Source: an uncultured Rivularia sp.
GTDB taxonomy: Bacteria; Cyanobacteriota; Cyanobacteriia; Cyanobacteriales; Nostocaceae
Direction: 5' to 3'
Length of the DNA stretch: 64,000 nucleotides
Assembly: GCA_963665115.1 (NCBI GenBank)
Contig: OY762007.1
Coordinates: 6,560,001 to 6,624,000 of the forward strand
Shown here: piece after piece, positions 10,401 through 22,133 of the stretch
Position numbering within the stretch: position 1 is the first letter of the stretch
Layout: the number at the start of each line of letters is the position of its first letter
Position numbers and translations under genes: made by a program
The notes under the pieces: generated by a model
Told to the model about the DNA's origin: nothing
Database searches by the model: none
Seen by the model: only the letters and a program-made list of their open reading frames with translations

Positions 10401-11171
10401 TTAATCTTTTTGAATGCGCGAAATCAGACTTAATGCCGTGTTAAAAGCATACTCAACGGCTTTTGATTTGGTTGGTAAAGCTGATTGCCATATACGATAG
10501 TCGTTATATTCAATAATCAACTTAGCCATTTCATCGATACTATTTTTATTTAAAATATGATGTTGGGCTGATTCAAAATCTTCTATATTGCCGCCATTTT
10601 CAATAATTTCTTCACCCGCTTTGATAAATTCATCTAAAATTATTTGTGCGTAACGCTTCCCTGCACCTTCTGCAAATACAGATGTAGCTTTAAATGCTTT
10701 GTATTCCTCAAACAAAACATCTCCTATTTTCTGCCCTACTAATTTATTCCAACTTAACGGCAGTTCAATATCTAAACAATCACTATCGCTATATTTATAT
10801 TGTAAATATTCGTAAATATCTGAAGCCGATGCCTCTATTTTCTTTCCAGCAAACAGTTCTTTTAAAGTTTGAACGCTTGTATTGAATTCGGAGTCAGTAA
10901 ATACATTTTCTGCACCTTCGGGACAATCATATACCATATAAGTCCAAATTCCAGGACTTGCTGTGTCGCTACTTACAGCTTGATAAAATGTAATAGTTCC
11001 CTCTTCTTCACTCTCAAAATATGCGCTTTTTGTATCGCTAAATTGCCATAATGGTATATTCCGAGAGCCGAACATAATCTTTTTATAAATACCTGTGAGA
11101 TGATGAGGTTGAGTCTCCACCTGGATATAACGCTTTTTAGTAATAACTAAGCTATGTAACCGAATCGCCAT
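10401..11171 (-). CDS. Hypothetical protein
   Basis: 256-aa ATG ORF with an AAGG purine tract upstream; no family recognised. Confidence 0.75.
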   Translation of the reverse strand: MAIRLHSLVITKKRYIQVETQPHHLTGIYKKIMFGSRNIPLWQFSDTKSAYFESEEEGTITFYQAVSSDTASPGIWTYMVYDCPEGAENVFTDSEFNTSVQTLKELFAGKKIEASASDIYEYLQYKYSDSDCLDIELPLSWNKLVGQKIGDVLFEEYKAFKATSVFAEGAGKRYAQIILDEFIKAGEEIIENGGNIEDFESAQHHILNKNSIDEMAKLIIEYNDYRIWQSALPTKSKAVEYAFNTALSLISRIQKD

Positions 11172-12098
11172 TATTTCTTTCCTTATATTTAATTAATCAT
11201 TTACAAAGGTGATTTCACCTACTTAACAGCTAGATGGAAGTTCATGCAAAAGAATTTAACGCTTTTATCTCTATTAGTACATCTTTCACAAGGAAGAGTG
11301 TTTGTATCAATTAACCACTTTAAGCTTAAAAATATAAGTTTTTTTGGCATTGATTATTAACGATTAATATTTCACATCAACTTCATTTATTATGTTGACT
11401 AATAAAGTTACAAAACTTCAAACTAGCTGTTAATTTGAAAAGCCTTTTTGTTCTAACTACTGAGTTTAAATATGACAAGTTGAATGCAATAGTTGGGATT
11501 TGTAAACCGCAGCCGGTTTTTCCATTATTGCTAACTTGGATAATCAAATCATTCGTGTTGTAGCGACGATGCACTACTTGTGATGATTTAAATAGAACGG
11601 TGAGATACACAATATTTTTTTAGGCTTCTGATTTATCATTCCCATAAATGATATGAAACTAACATTCTGACTAAAAAAAATGATTATTTTTTCTCAAAGC
11701 CGATGAACTTCGATATTAAGCGGCTTCTAGACGACAAACTAAAAAAAAATCAAAAAAAAATATTTTGTTAGCTATGTGACATATTGCAATTAAATGTATT
11801 TTGTTCAACAATAAGATGTGAAATCTACATAAGTTTTATTCCTGAAAATAAAAAGTGAGTAGCCTTCAAGCAAAATTTGGACTAAGTTTTATAGCTTAAT
11901 AGATACTTATGTTTTTATATTGAGGGGTTCAACCCCCCATTTAATTAAAATGCTCTGTCAACAAGGCTTTATGCGCTTTGTCGAGAATTAAACTTTGATA
12001 CATTTTGGTATTCAAACCCGCTAACTTTGTTTTCTTCAAACTGTGTATAAAAATCTAATCGCTTCAAAACATAAAGTTTTTTTCAAAAAAAATGTAAT

Positions 12099-12114
12099 TG
12101 TATTCGGAAATACA
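12099..12114. promoter_or_regulatory. Candidate NtcA box TGTA-N8-TACA
   Basis: tgtattcggaaataca in a 1.3-kb intergenic region; no canonically spaced -10 box found. Confidence 0.3.
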
Positions 12115-12485
12115 AAAAAGCAGATTTAGGTAATTAATAAAACACGTTGTTATTTCAACCTAGTATAAAGTATTCTATCAACTTTAATTAGAATTTAACC
12201 TTCCGTTTAAAAAAATTAATTATGCTTGGTGTCGAATGATAGTAACTGAAAAGTGTTTTGAAATACTTCCTTAGCAAATAAAAGATTTTTTTCAAAGTCA
12301 AGGTTATTTGTATAGTAAATAACAAAATTAATAGTTTCCCGATAATAATTTTTTCATTCAAATAATTTCTACTTATAAGCAGGAGCCTCTAAAAAGATGG
12401 CACCAGGTATTTTTTTTGATACCCAGTGCTGTAAGTTATATGAAATTTTACTTTCTGTGACTCTCCGACAACCGAAATTTTCTAC

Positions 12486-13427
12486 TTAGCCTTGCCAAAC
12501 TTTTTCTAAAACGGTTGCTGGTGGAATATCTGCCATCAAGCCGGAAGGAGATTTAATGGCAATAAACTTATCACTTTTAGGTAATAATTTAGTTGATTCG
12601 GCCGAACCGAATAAAGCAATAGTGTAGGTTTGCAAGAAGACAGCAAGTTGCATCGGCGCACTATTAGTACACAACATTAAATTAGCCCCGGCAATGATTG
12701 CAGCGAGTTTACCAATATTATCGGGAAAAGTTTCCTTGATATCTGGTATTACTTCAGAGAAAGTACGCATCAAATCTTGATTATCTGGTTGAGAGATAAC
12801 CACTACGGGCATATCTGGCTGCTTTTCTCTAAAATCTTTAATCACAGATAGCCATTTTTTCACGGGATAGGAAGTCTCGGCATCACCGGAGCCACCGTAA
12901 ACCAAAATATAGCCCGTATCATTAACTCCCAAACGTAATTGTTCGGAAGATGCCCAGTCAATATCTGGTTTTGGTACATTGAGTGCTAGCTCGGGATAAG
13001 TAGAATCAATCCCCAGCCCTCTGAGCAAATCATTGTACATATAAGCGGCGTATTGTTCCTCATCCCGAGGTACTACGCGATTGAGAAATACGGAACCATT
13101 TCCCTTGAAACCAACCCGCGTACCGATACCAGTCAGCCACAATAGCAAACGAGTATACCAACTTTGTGACGAGGTAATTGCAATATCATATTCGCGATCG
13201 CGAATCGTACCGATTAAGTTACCCCAATCAGCCATGCTATTGCGATCTTTGAAATCAAAAACCTTCACTTCCGAGACAGACTTACTTACCCGGTAAGCAG
13301 CCTTCGAGGAAGGTTCGCACACCACATCAATCGTAGATGTATTGTACTTCCGCTTGAGATTGTCCAAGGTCGGAAAAAATAGAATTTGCTCTCCTATTCC
13401 ACCAGGGACAAGGGCTACTATTCGCAT
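12486..13427 (-). CDS. Glycosyltransferase family 9 (heptosyltransferase-like)
   Basis: MRIVALVPGGIGEQILFFPTL...SAPMQLAV..TIALFG. Confidence 0.85.
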   Translation of the reverse strand: MRIVALVPGGIGEQILFFPTLDNLKRKYNTSTIDVVCEPSSKAAYRVSKSVSEVKVFDFKDRNSMADWGNLIGTIRDREYDIAITSSQSWYTRLLLWLTGIGTRVGFKGNGSVFLNRVVPRDEEQYAAYMYNDLLRGLGIDSTYPELALNVPKPDIDWASSEQLRLGVNDTGYILVYGGSGDAETSYPVKKWLSVIKDFREKQPDMPVVVISQPDNQDLMRTFSEVIPDIKETFPDNIGKLAAIIAGANLMLCTNSAPMQLAVFLQTYTIALFGSAESTKLLPKSDKFIAIKSPSGLMADIPPATVLEKVWQG

Positions 13428-13475
13428 ATTATTTATTTACGGTAACTGGCTATTTATTTTAGGGGAAGATGAGTG

Positions 13476-13640
13476 ATTGGGAATTGGTAATTGGGAATGG
13501 GTAATTGGTAATGAGTAATTGGGGATTGGGCATTGGGCATGGGGGATTGGGGATTGGGGATTGGGAATAGTTAGGAGTAGCGAGTTATTTTCCCCTTGTC
13601 CCCTTGTCCCCCCATCTCCCCATCCCCCATCCCCCTCCAC
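13476..13640. repeat. STRR heptamer arrays (GGGAATT/GGGGATT, CCCTTGT, CCCCATC)
   Basis: Tandem 7-mers between the GT9 gene and ispD. Confidence 0.9.
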
Positions 13641-13787
13641 GGTGTGATAAAGAAAGATTAAGTTGTTACGCACTTAATTTGTATAGTATTAGCGGGCAAG
13701 ATGCCCGCACTACAATAATTACCAAATTTTGTTTTATACAATTTAGCTGCACATCAGCTTATTAATTTAAATCGAGGATTCACCGAA

Positions 13788-14469
13788 GTGTACTTACTAA
13801 TTCCCGCAGCGGGAAGCGGCAGAAGAATGGGTAGTAATAGAAATAAACTCCTGTTGGATTTGCTGGGACAATCAATTATTAGCTGGGACAATAAGAGCAG
13901 CAGCAACCGCCGAGCGGATCGATTGGATTGGAATAATTTCTCAGCCAGACGATTGGCAAGATTTTGAGAAAATTCTAAGTCAGATGAAGTTAGATAAGCC
14001 AGTCAAATTAATAAATGGTGGTTCTACTCGTCAAGAATCAGTTTACAATGGTCTGCGGGCATTGCCATCTCAAGCAGAGCAAGTACTAATTCACGATGGA
14101 GCAAGATGTCTCGCCACGCCAAATTTATTTAACTCTTGTGCCGAAACTCTTGGTAAAACTAGCGGTTTAATTGCCGCAATACCAGTTAAGGACACAATTA
14201 AAGTTGTAAATGAAAATAACATAATTCAATCGACACCCGACCGACGGCTATTATGGGCAGCACAAACCCCTCAAGGATTTGATGTCAAATTATTAAAACA
14301 ATGCCACCAAGAAGCCGTTAGCAAAGCCTGGGAGGTCACAGATGATGCTGCCTTATTTGAAAAGTGCCAGTTGGAAGTATTAATAGTTCCGGGGGAAGAA
14401 ACTAATTTAAAAATTACCACTCCACAGGATTTGGCGATCGCAGAGTTTATTTTGAAAAGTAGGGAGTAG
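13788..14469 (+). CDS. ispD: 2-C-methyl-D-erythritol 4-phosphate cytidylyltransferase, +1 frameshift at GGG 13885-13887
   Basis: GTG start gives [15 protein letters not shown]; downstream frame has [35 protein letters not shown]. Confidence 0.92.
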
Positions 14470-14662
14470 GGAAGAGGGGAGGAGATGGGGAGACAAGGGG
14501 ACAAGGAGATGGGTTGATAGTTTTTAACTCCTAATTCCTAACTATTCACTCTTAACTATTCCCGTTCCCTACTTTCTACTTGCTACTTGCTACTTGCTAC
14601 TTTCTACTTTCTACTTGCTACTTGCTACTTTCTACTTGCTACTTGCTACTTCCTACTCCCTA
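14462..14662. repeat. STRR arrays including (CTACTTG/T)n
   Basis: About 11 tandem ctacttg/ctacttt units at ~14575-14655 plus purine-rich units. Confidence 0.9.
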
Positions 14663-14669
14663 TTAAACA

Positions 14670-14698
14670 TTGACATCCAATTAATAAAATGGTACTAT
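14670..14698 (+). promoter_or_regulatory. Sigma70-type promoter of scpB
   Basis: TTGACA-N17-TACTAT, about 80 bp upstream of the start. Confidence 0.7.
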
Positions 14699-14780
14699 CC
14701 GTGCCAACTTGCTTGTAGTGTGTTTTCTTGAGTTGTGCTTTGTCCGTTGCGATAAACTCTTGAATGTGGATTGATAACCG

Positions 14781-15323
14781 ATGATTGTAGCGGCATCAAA
14801 GATCGAAGCGATTTTGTATCTGAAGGGCAAACCCATGTCTATTGGGGAAATAGCTGACTGTGCAAAGTGCGATCGCGTCACGGCGGAGGAAGGGATAATT
14901 GAGTTAGTTGATGAATATGCTCATCGAGATAGTGCTTTGGAAGTTGTGGAGACTCCCCAGGGTTACAGTCTGCAATTGCGCTCGGATTTTCATGATTTGG
15001 TACAAACGCTGATCCCGGTAGAGTTGGGTGTAGGAGCTTTGCGGACTTTGGCTGCAATTGCTCTAAATAGTCCGATGCTGCAAAGCGATTTAATCAATTT
15101 AAGAGGTTCGGGAGCGTATCAACACGTTCCTGAGTTGGTAGAACAAGGTTTTGTTCGTAAAAAACGTAGCGGCGATTCTCGCTCTTTTTCTTTGCAAGTT
15201 ACCCCAAAATTTCATCAATATTTTCAAATAGATAAATTACCTCAACCTTTTTCCAATTTTAAGAATCAACAACTCGAACTTGAATTACAGCCGGTAACTA
15301 CCCAAGCGGCAGAAAGCGCTTAG
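14781..15323 (+). CDS. scpB: SMC-Scp complex subunit ScpB
   Basis: KIEAILYLKGKP, ALRTLAAIA, DLINLRGSGAYQHV, TPKFHQYF. Confidence 0.92.
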   Translation: MIVAASKIEAILYLKGKPMSIGEIADCAKCDRVTAEEGIIELVDEYAHRDSALEVVETPQGYSLQLRSDFHDLVQTLIPVELGVGALRTLAAIALNSPMLQSDLINLRGSGAYQHVPELVEQGFVRKKRSGDSRSFSLQVTPKFHQYFQIDKLPQPFSNFKNQQLELELQPVTTQAAESA

Positions 15324-15513
15324 AAGGGTGAAAGTAACTATATAGCAAGTATGAGGGGCGATTGACTTAAATGCAGCAAGTGTAACAGGATGGCGGATAA
15401 CTGCTTCATAGCTGTAAATAAAAATTTCACTTACCGCATTATTTGAGCAGGGTCAAGGTGCCTCATACTCTTAGTATGGTTTACAGTAGAATTAGCAACA
15501 AAAGCGAAAATAA

Positions 15514-15864
15514 TTGCCAATGGTGTTTGATCCAGACTTTTTGAACGACAACTTTGAACAACACCCCAATCAAAATATTTTTGACAACATTGAGGAAGAT
15601 CCCAATCAGTTGCTCAAATATCTTGAACATCAACCTCCCGAGGTTTTAGCACGGGTAGCCCAGTCTGTTAGCCCCGAAATTAAACAAATCATTTCGCAAA
15701 ACGTCCAAGGGCTTGTAGGAATGTTACCCCCAGCAAATTTTAACGTGCAGGTGACAACAGACAGGGATAATCTTGCCGGACTTTTAGCTTCAGCAATGAT
15801 GACGGGGTATTTCCTGCGCCAAATGGAACAACGAATGAATTTAGATGATTTAACTAGTAAATAG
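15514..15864 (+). CDS. DUF760 domain protein
   Basis: NQLLKYL..PEVLARVAQS..NVQGLVGMLP..RDNLAGLLASAMMTGYFLRQME. Confidence 0.85.
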   Translation: MPMVFDPDFLNDNFEQHPNQNIFDNIEEDPNQLLKYLEHQPPEVLARVAQSVSPEIKQIISQNVQGLVGMLPPANFNVQVTTDRDNLAGLLASAMMTGYFLRQMEQRMNLDDLTSK

Positions 15865-16079
15865 CTCAAATTAGTTATGAGTTATGAGCGTTATTAATCG
15901 ATTTACGGCTCCCCGGTTATTACCATACATAGTAATGGCCCGAAACTGACGATTGTTAACTAACTCTTAACTCTTAACTCTTAACTGTTTATCTGAGTTT
16001 CTCTAAATTTATGCGGAGCAGGTGTTGAGGATTTGTTAATATTTTTTCAAATTTTTTCAAATTTTTCTAAAACTCCTTA

Positions 16080-17289
16080 TCACTTGTGGGGATAAGCTCC
16101 AGATTGAACTTTAAAGGTTTGGAGTTTGCCTTCTCGTTTAACTTGAATTTGCAGAATATCTCCTACTGTTGAAGATTCTACAAATTTTTGTACTTGTGCG
16201 GAAGATTTAACGGGTTGCTTGTTAATTTTTTCAATAATGTCCCCAGGGCGCAAACCGGCTTCTTTTGCGGGGGAATCATCTGTAACTCTTCTTACTAGAA
16301 TGCCTGTTTCTTGCTTTAACTCAAAAGATGTTTCTTGAGACAACTGCTTTGTCTTACTAGGAGTCAAATCCACCATTTCGATACCAAGGAAAGGATGCTG
16401 TACTTCTCCTTTAGTAAATAACTCATCGGCGATACGAGCAGCAGTTTCGATAGGTATCGCAAAACCCAAACCTTGAGCATCAGCGCGAATTGCCGTATTT
16501 ACCCCAATCACTTCACCTTGGGAATTTAATAAAGGGGCCACCAGAGTTACCGGGGTTGATAGCAGCGTCAGTTTGGATGAAGCTAACTCGCTTATCTGGA
16601 ACCCCTACCTGAGCGCTGGTACGATCGGTAGCGCTAATAATTCCAATTGTGACAGTATTATCCAAACCCAAAGGATTACCAATGGCGATCGCCCATTGTC
16701 CGGGAATTAGATTGCGAGAGCTTCCCAATCTGACATTAGGTAATTCCGAAGCGGGGATCTTGACTACGGCTACATCGGTGATTTTGTCAACACCAACCAC
16801 TTTACCTTCAAAAGTGCGACCATCCTTAAGAGTTACCTGCACGGTATCAGTATCTGATACTACGTGAGCATTGGTCAACAACTTTCCATCATCACTTAAT
16901 ATAAAACCCGAACCCGTACCCCGCTCAATTCTTTCTTGAGGAAACGGTTGCTCATCTTCTCCAAAAAATCGACGTAGGAGAGGATTTTTTAATGCTTTCG
17001 ATATCGGATTAGCCACTTTACGAGTAGCATTAATTCGTACTACCGCAGATCCAGTTTTTTGTACTGCGCTAGCAATAAAATTCATTTCGCCTCCTCCATT
17101 CCCGGCAGCAGAAGTTCCCACTGGACGGTTAATAACAGTTTCCGGAGGCAAAGCTACTGTGACATTTTTAAACTGATTATAAGAGCGACTTTGCGGCAGG
17201 AAGCGACTTCCTAATAAACCTGCACCACCACCAATTGCCACTAAAGAAAGGGAAACAGCCAATCGCTTTACAGATAACTTCATAACCAT
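16080..17289 (-). CDS. HhoA/HhoB/HtrA (DegP) family serine protease with PDZ domain; +1 frameshift at G-run 16534-16537
   Basis: LTNAHVV, TDVAVV, TDAAINPGNSGGP joined to LLNSQGEVIGVNTAI and a PDZ domain. Confidence 0.92.
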
Positions 17290-17628
17290 ACGCTTAAGGA
17301 CAGCAATGCAGATGCTAATTTATAATTTTAGTCAACAAATAGACTAGTTGAGAGATAAGTTTGATAACAAAGGCATTCAAGTATTTACCTTTGAATAATA
17401 AAATTTATAAGAACTAATCGATTTTAGATTTTGGATTAACTCTACTGAATAAATCCACAGGTGGAGAAGATTTTAGATTAACGGAAAAGGTTTTGCTTTA
17501 AACAGCAATCGAAAACAAGTGCATTCGTGATTAAAATCCAAAATCTAAAATCTAAAATCCAAAAGACAAACGCGCGGTGTTTAATCTTTAAAATAATCTA
17601 TATATAAACTTATCATTTTTTTATATAC

Positions 17629-18522
17629 ATGAGCTTTCGTTATTGTTCAGTCTTGTTTTGTGGTTTAGCCAGTATACTTAGCTTAATATCCACATTTCCT
17701 AATTCTGCTTTAGCGCAGTCTAAACAAAGAAATTGCCCAGAACCGGCTTTGGAGCGTTTCGTGCGCCATCAAGTAGCACCAGAAGAAACTTTAAAAGCCA
17801 TAGCACAAAGCTATAACGTTACTCCTGCAACCATTATCCGCATGAATCCTGCAATACGTAACGGTAAAGTTACTGTAGGTCAAAAATTAATTATTCCTCC
17901 CTACGACGGGATTGTCGTTAAATTACGCAGCGGACAAACTTTAAAGCAAATTGCAGCACAACATAAGATTCGTGCCGATGCGCTTTTTGAAGTCAATGGT
18001 TGTCAAGAGAATCCTGAAGTCGTTTTTGTTCCGCAACTTAAGAAATCGCAAAATTCGACTCAACCTTCATCTACAGAACCAAATGTTCTCGAAACTATTT
18101 CCAATTCCAGTAAATTAAACGGATATCCCTTACCAGAAAATACTGCTGTAGCATTTCCTTATGGATGGCAAATAAATCCAAGTAACGGCGACGTATTCTT
18201 CCATAGCGGTATAGACTTGTCAGCACAACCTGGAACCTCCGTACAAGCAATTGGTGAAGGAGTAGTAGTCTTAGCCCAAGAACAAGGTTCTTACGGCAAC
18301 TTAGTAATTATCAATCACAGTGGCGGAATGCAAAGCCGCTATGCCCACCTTGAGGATATCAAAGTTAGCGCCGGAGAGAAAGTAAATAAAGGCGATTTAG
18401 TGGGAACAGTAGGAAGTACGGGTGAACCAACTTTGAAAAAACCCCACCTCCACTTTGAAATCCGTTCTAATTCTTCTTTGGGTTGGGTAGCGAAAGATCC
18501 CCAAGAGTATTTGAGGAGGTGA
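17629..18522 (+). CDS. LysM + M23 family metallopeptidase
   Basis: Signal peptide, two LysM-like repeats, HSGID, YAHL, HLHFE. Confidence 0.9.
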   Translation: MSFRYCSVLFCGLASILSLISTFPNSALAQSKQRNCPEPALERFVRHQVAPEETLKAIAQSYNVTPATIIRMNPAIRNGKVTVGQKLIIPPYDGIVVKLRSGQTLKQIAAQHKIRADALFEVNGCQENPEVVFVPQLKKSQNSTQPSSTEPNVLETISNSSKLNGYPLPENTAVAFPYGWQINPSNGDVFFHSGIDLSAQPGTSVQAIGEGVVVLAQEQGSYGNLVIINHSGGMQSRYAHLEDIKVSAGEKVNKGDLVGTVGSTGEPTLKKPHLHFEIRSNSSLGWVAKDPQEYLRR

Positions 18523-18674
18523 GGGGGAAGAGGGGGGAGAGGGGGAAGAGGGGGGAGAATATTTCGTAGGTTGGGTTAGGCGCATCCGCGAATCACGGTT
18601 TTGACTATAAATAAGCAGCGCCGTAACCCAACATTTTAAATTCAAGATTCAATTGATTTTTAATTACTAACTCG

Positions 18675-18790
18675 TAGAAACCCTCAGACTGGAAGTCTGG
18701 GGCTACATAAACAAAGCCCCTCCGGGTTCGGCAGTCCCCTCAACGGAGGGAACCTCCGCACAGGGCTGCTCTCACCACCTGCGTGGGCTA
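18675..18790. repeat. Nested short dispersed repeat (hairpin element inserted in a CTACA..AAAGCCCACCTGCGTGGGCT element)
   Basis: Uninterrupted versions at ~2582-2612, 20019-20047 and 39813-39848; the insert resembles 29606-29652. Confidence 0.65.
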
Positions 18791-18844
18791 ATATTAAATT
18801 CAAAATTCAATAATTCCTCACTCCTAACCTTTGACCTTTAACCT

Positions 18845-19849
18845 CTAACCTTTGACCTTAATTAATTTCATTCCCGATAAAGCAAATCTTTTAAATGCAG
18901 CGTCGGCTTGTTCTGAATAATCTACAACTCCAGGTACAACCACGGGTGAGGTGCAATCTTCTAGAAGATGAATTTTTTTGGCAAGATTAATATCTGTTTT
19001 CTTAATATCTGTTAATAAATCGTCGATTGTCCAAGCTACGCAGTGACTTTTTGCTTGTCCCGCAATAATAACTTTATCAAAATCTAGAAGCTGTTTAATT
19101 AAACGGGTATTCTTTTGTGCAATTGGACTATTATCAAAACTTTCTAATACTTCCGGGCTTAATACCGAATAATTTTCAGTTAATGGATTATTTCCCTTGA
19201 TTTCAAATTGTGCTTGCGAGTTGCGAACGATGGAGTGAAAAAAGATTGCTTCCTCTACCGAAGAAACCAAAGCATGACCGATTCCACCTAACATCGAATG
19301 ATAAGACCAAACTGTGAGCGGATATTTTCCGTTGTCGGTGAGTTTCTTGACGTAATGATAAGCGTACTTTTCTAAAAATTCGTAGTCATATCCCAAACTG
19401 AAACTAACTGCCGGATTAACCTTCCAATTACCATTATCGATATCATTTGGAACAATATTAGTAGCCGAAGGAATCGGATGTTCCCCAGCGGAATTCACCC
19501 AGAATATCGGATGAAAAATTTGCATTGCAGTGTGAGTATCCATCGTCGGGATAATTGTAGTAATTTCACCCAAATTGCGATAAATAAATTCACACAGACG
19601 CACGTTATCTTCTATAGCTCCTTTTCCCGACTTGCCACCAACAAATAATTCAAAATCGGGAATACAAAAAGTGTTTTGCACATCGATTAATAATAAACAA
19701 ACGCGACTTTTATCTTCAGAAGCTGGTTTGATGTTGTGTTGCTTTGCCCATGCTTCAGCTTCGATGGAACGTAGTTGATAAGGTACCCGCCAGATTTCGC
19801 TGACTTTTGCAGGGGTGAAATGTGGGGGGATAGGGAGTTGGGGGTTCAT
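18845..19849 (-). CDS. Isochorismatase/nicotinamidase family cysteine hydrolase
   Basis: LLLIDVQNTFC, TMDTH, GQAKSHCV, LEDCTS. Confidence 0.85.
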   Translation of the reverse strand: MNPQLPIPPHFTPAKVSEIWRVPYQLRSIEAEAWAKQHNIKPASEDKSRVCLLLIDVQNTFCIPDFELFVGGKSGKGAIEDNVRLCEFIYRNLGEITTIIPTMDTHTAMQIFHPIFWVNSAGEHPIPSATNIVPNDIDNGNWKVNPAVSFSLGYDYEFLEKYAYHYVKKLTDNGKYPLTVWSYHSMLGGIGHALVSSVEEAIFFHSIVRNSQAQFEIKGNNPLTENYSVLSPEVLESFDNSPIAQKNTRLIKQLLDFDKVIIAGQAKSHCVAWTIDDLLTDIKKTDINLAKKIHLLEDCTSPVVVPGVVDYSEQADAAFKRFALSGMKLIKVKG

Positions 19850-20103
19850 TTTTATGATTTGTTATCGTTGACATTATATTAATGGTATGAATCTTGATTG
19901 ATTGTTGCTAGTTTTGTAGGGTGTGTGACGCGATGAAAAACATTGAACGTAGCAATAAGCGTTGTAGCGTCACGCACCATCAATCATTTATGACAATATC
20001 GTAAGTTCGATAATTGACTACACAGGCAAAACCCATCTGCGTGGGTTAAAAATATAATTGCGACCGCGTTAGTTTTAATAAATATTTATCTCTGTCAAAA
20101 AAA

Positions 20104-21987
20104 ATGAATTGCAAAGAATTAATTGAGCGTTATCAAGCAGGTGAAAGAGATTTTTCTGGTGTTGATTTTAGTGGGATTGATTTTGATGAGATAAATCCAA
20201 GTTTGGATAATATTATCAACTTAAGCGAAGCTAATTTTACAGGAGCGAATTTCAGCAATGCTAATCTTTCTTATATAAGCTTTACAGAAACAAATTTTAG
20301 TAATGCTAATTTTACAGGAGCTAATTTAACTTATGTATTTTTATTAAATGCTATTTTTGAAAACACTAATTTAACAAGGACTATTATTTATAGTGATTTA
20401 TCAGAAGCTGTTTTAATAGGTGCGAATCTCCATGAAGCAACAATAAAATATTGCTTTATAGATTATGAAGAAGGGGTAATGAAGCTTAGTAATCGTGCTT
20501 ATTTTTCTGGGGCTGATTTAGAAAGAGCTAATCTTAGTAATGTAAATTTAAAGTCAGTATCTTTTGAAAGTGCAATTCTTTTACAAGCAAACTTAAGAAA
20601 TGCCAATCTTGATAAAGCTTATTTGAATTATGCTAATTTAATTGGTGCTGATTTAAATGGTGCTAATTTAAAAGATGCAGTTCTCAAAGGAATAACTTAC
20701 AGTCCGGAAACTATTTTCCCAGAAGGTACCGACCTTAGTGAAGCTTACTTGATTGCTCCGGGTGTGGATTTAAGTATTGCTAACTTTGAACATTTAGAAC
20801 GTAGATTTTTAAATTTACGCGGTGCTAATCTTTCTGAAGCAAATTTAAGGGGTGTTCAATCATTCGGTAATTTAGAAAGTGTAAATTTAAGTGGTGCCGA
20901 CCTAAGAGAAGCTAATCTTAAAAAAACTAATTTAAGAAATGCGAATTTAGGCGCTGCTATTTTAAGTGGTTCTTTAAAGCATACAGATTTAAGAGGTGCG
21001 AATTTAACAGATGCAAATCTTCATGAAGCTGATTTGAATCAAGCCTTACATAATCCTGAAACTATTTTTCCTCCCGACACTGACTTAACAAAAGCATATT
21101 GTATTTGTCCGGGCAGTAATCTAAAGAATGCTGATTTAACTGGATTACATCTCTATGATGCTAATTTGAATGATGCTAATTTGAATGATGCTAATTTAGA
21201 AGGTACTACTTTAAAAGCCGCAAATTTAAGTAATGCTAATTTCAGTAATGTAAATTTATCTCACGCTGACATTATTAAATCTAACTTACGAGGAGCTAAT
21301 TTTTATAGAGTTGACTTAGGTCGTTGTTGCATAGAAAAATGTGATTGTACTGGTGCTAACTTCAAAGCAGTACGCGACTTTCAAACATCGCTATATGACA
21401 ATGATTTTACGAACGCTGATTTTAGTCAATCATCATTAGATTCCTCTTACTTTCAAGGCTCAATTCTTGATAATACTAACTGGGAAAAAGCAAATTTAAC
21501 CAACTCATATATTTTTGAATATGATAAATGTCCGAATATTAATATAAAACGAGCAGTTTTAACAGATGATCATTTGACTTACTTCATTAAAATGGGTGTC
21601 AATGTAAGCGGTACTCTTTACGTCAGCGATGAAGAATTTATTAACTCAGAAGGAAATCAACCACCAGGTTTAATTAGATTACATGATGATGCTGATTTAA
21701 GCGGACTAGATTTAAACGGTTGTAATTTTAGTAGACTTAATTTAACGAATGTGGATTTTACCGGAACTAATTTAAGAGGTGCAATTTTTATTTGCACGCA
21801 ATTAAAAAACCCTAATTTCACAAATGCGGATTTACGAGATGCGGATTTAGAAGATGCTGAGTTTGATCATGTTAATTTTACAAATGCGAATTTAAAAGAT
21901 GCTAATATTAAAAATGCTCATCTAGACAAAGCGGTTTTTTGCAATACTATTATGCCGGATGGAAGTATTAGGAATGATAATTGTTAA
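20104..21987 (+). CDS. Pentapeptide repeat protein
   Basis: ELIERYQAGERDF N-terminus, many A(N/D)LXX repeats, TIMPDG C-terminus. Confidence 0.92.
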   Translation: MNCKELIERYQAGERDFSGVDFSGIDFDEINPSLDNIINLSEANFTGANFSNANLSYISFTETNFSNANFTGANLTYVFLLNAIFENTNLTRTIIYSDLSEAVLIGANLHEATIKYCFIDYEEGVMKLSNRAYFSGADLERANLSNVNLKSVSFESAILLQANLRNANLDKAYLNYANLIGADLNGANLKDAVLKGITYSPETIFPEGTDLSEAYLIAPGVDLSIANFEHLERRFLNLRGANLSEANLRGVQSFGNLESVNLSGADLREANLKKTNLRNANLGAAILSGSLKHTDLRGANLTDANLHEADLNQALHNPETIFPPDTDLTKAYCICPGSNLKNADLTGLHLYDANLNDANLNDANLEGTTLKAANLSNANFSNVNLSHADIIKSNLRGANFYRVDLGRCCIEKCDCTGANFKAVRDFQTSLYDNDFTNADFSQSSLDSSYFQGSILDNTNWEKANLTNSYIFEYDKCPNINIKRAVLTDDHLTYFIKMGVNVSGTLYVSDEEFINSEGNQPPGLIRLHDDADLSGLDLNGCNFSRLNLTNVDFTGTNLRGAIFICTQLKNPNFTNADLRDADLEDAEFDHVNFTNANLKDANIKNAHLDKAVFCNTIMPDGSIRNDNC

Positions 21988-22133
21988 TTTATAATTTAAT
22001 TAACGATATTGTCATCATTACTGGTTGGTGCGTGACGGTAATATCAACTTAGCTTGCTAAAATCGATAATTTATCGTAACCGTCACTCACCCTACGAAAT
22101 AATTAAAAAAGTAACGCCCTATTTATTCGATTT

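Noticed and set aside
13437..13673. 78-aa ORF with PNPQSP repeats
   Set aside because: Translation of intergenic STRR repeats.
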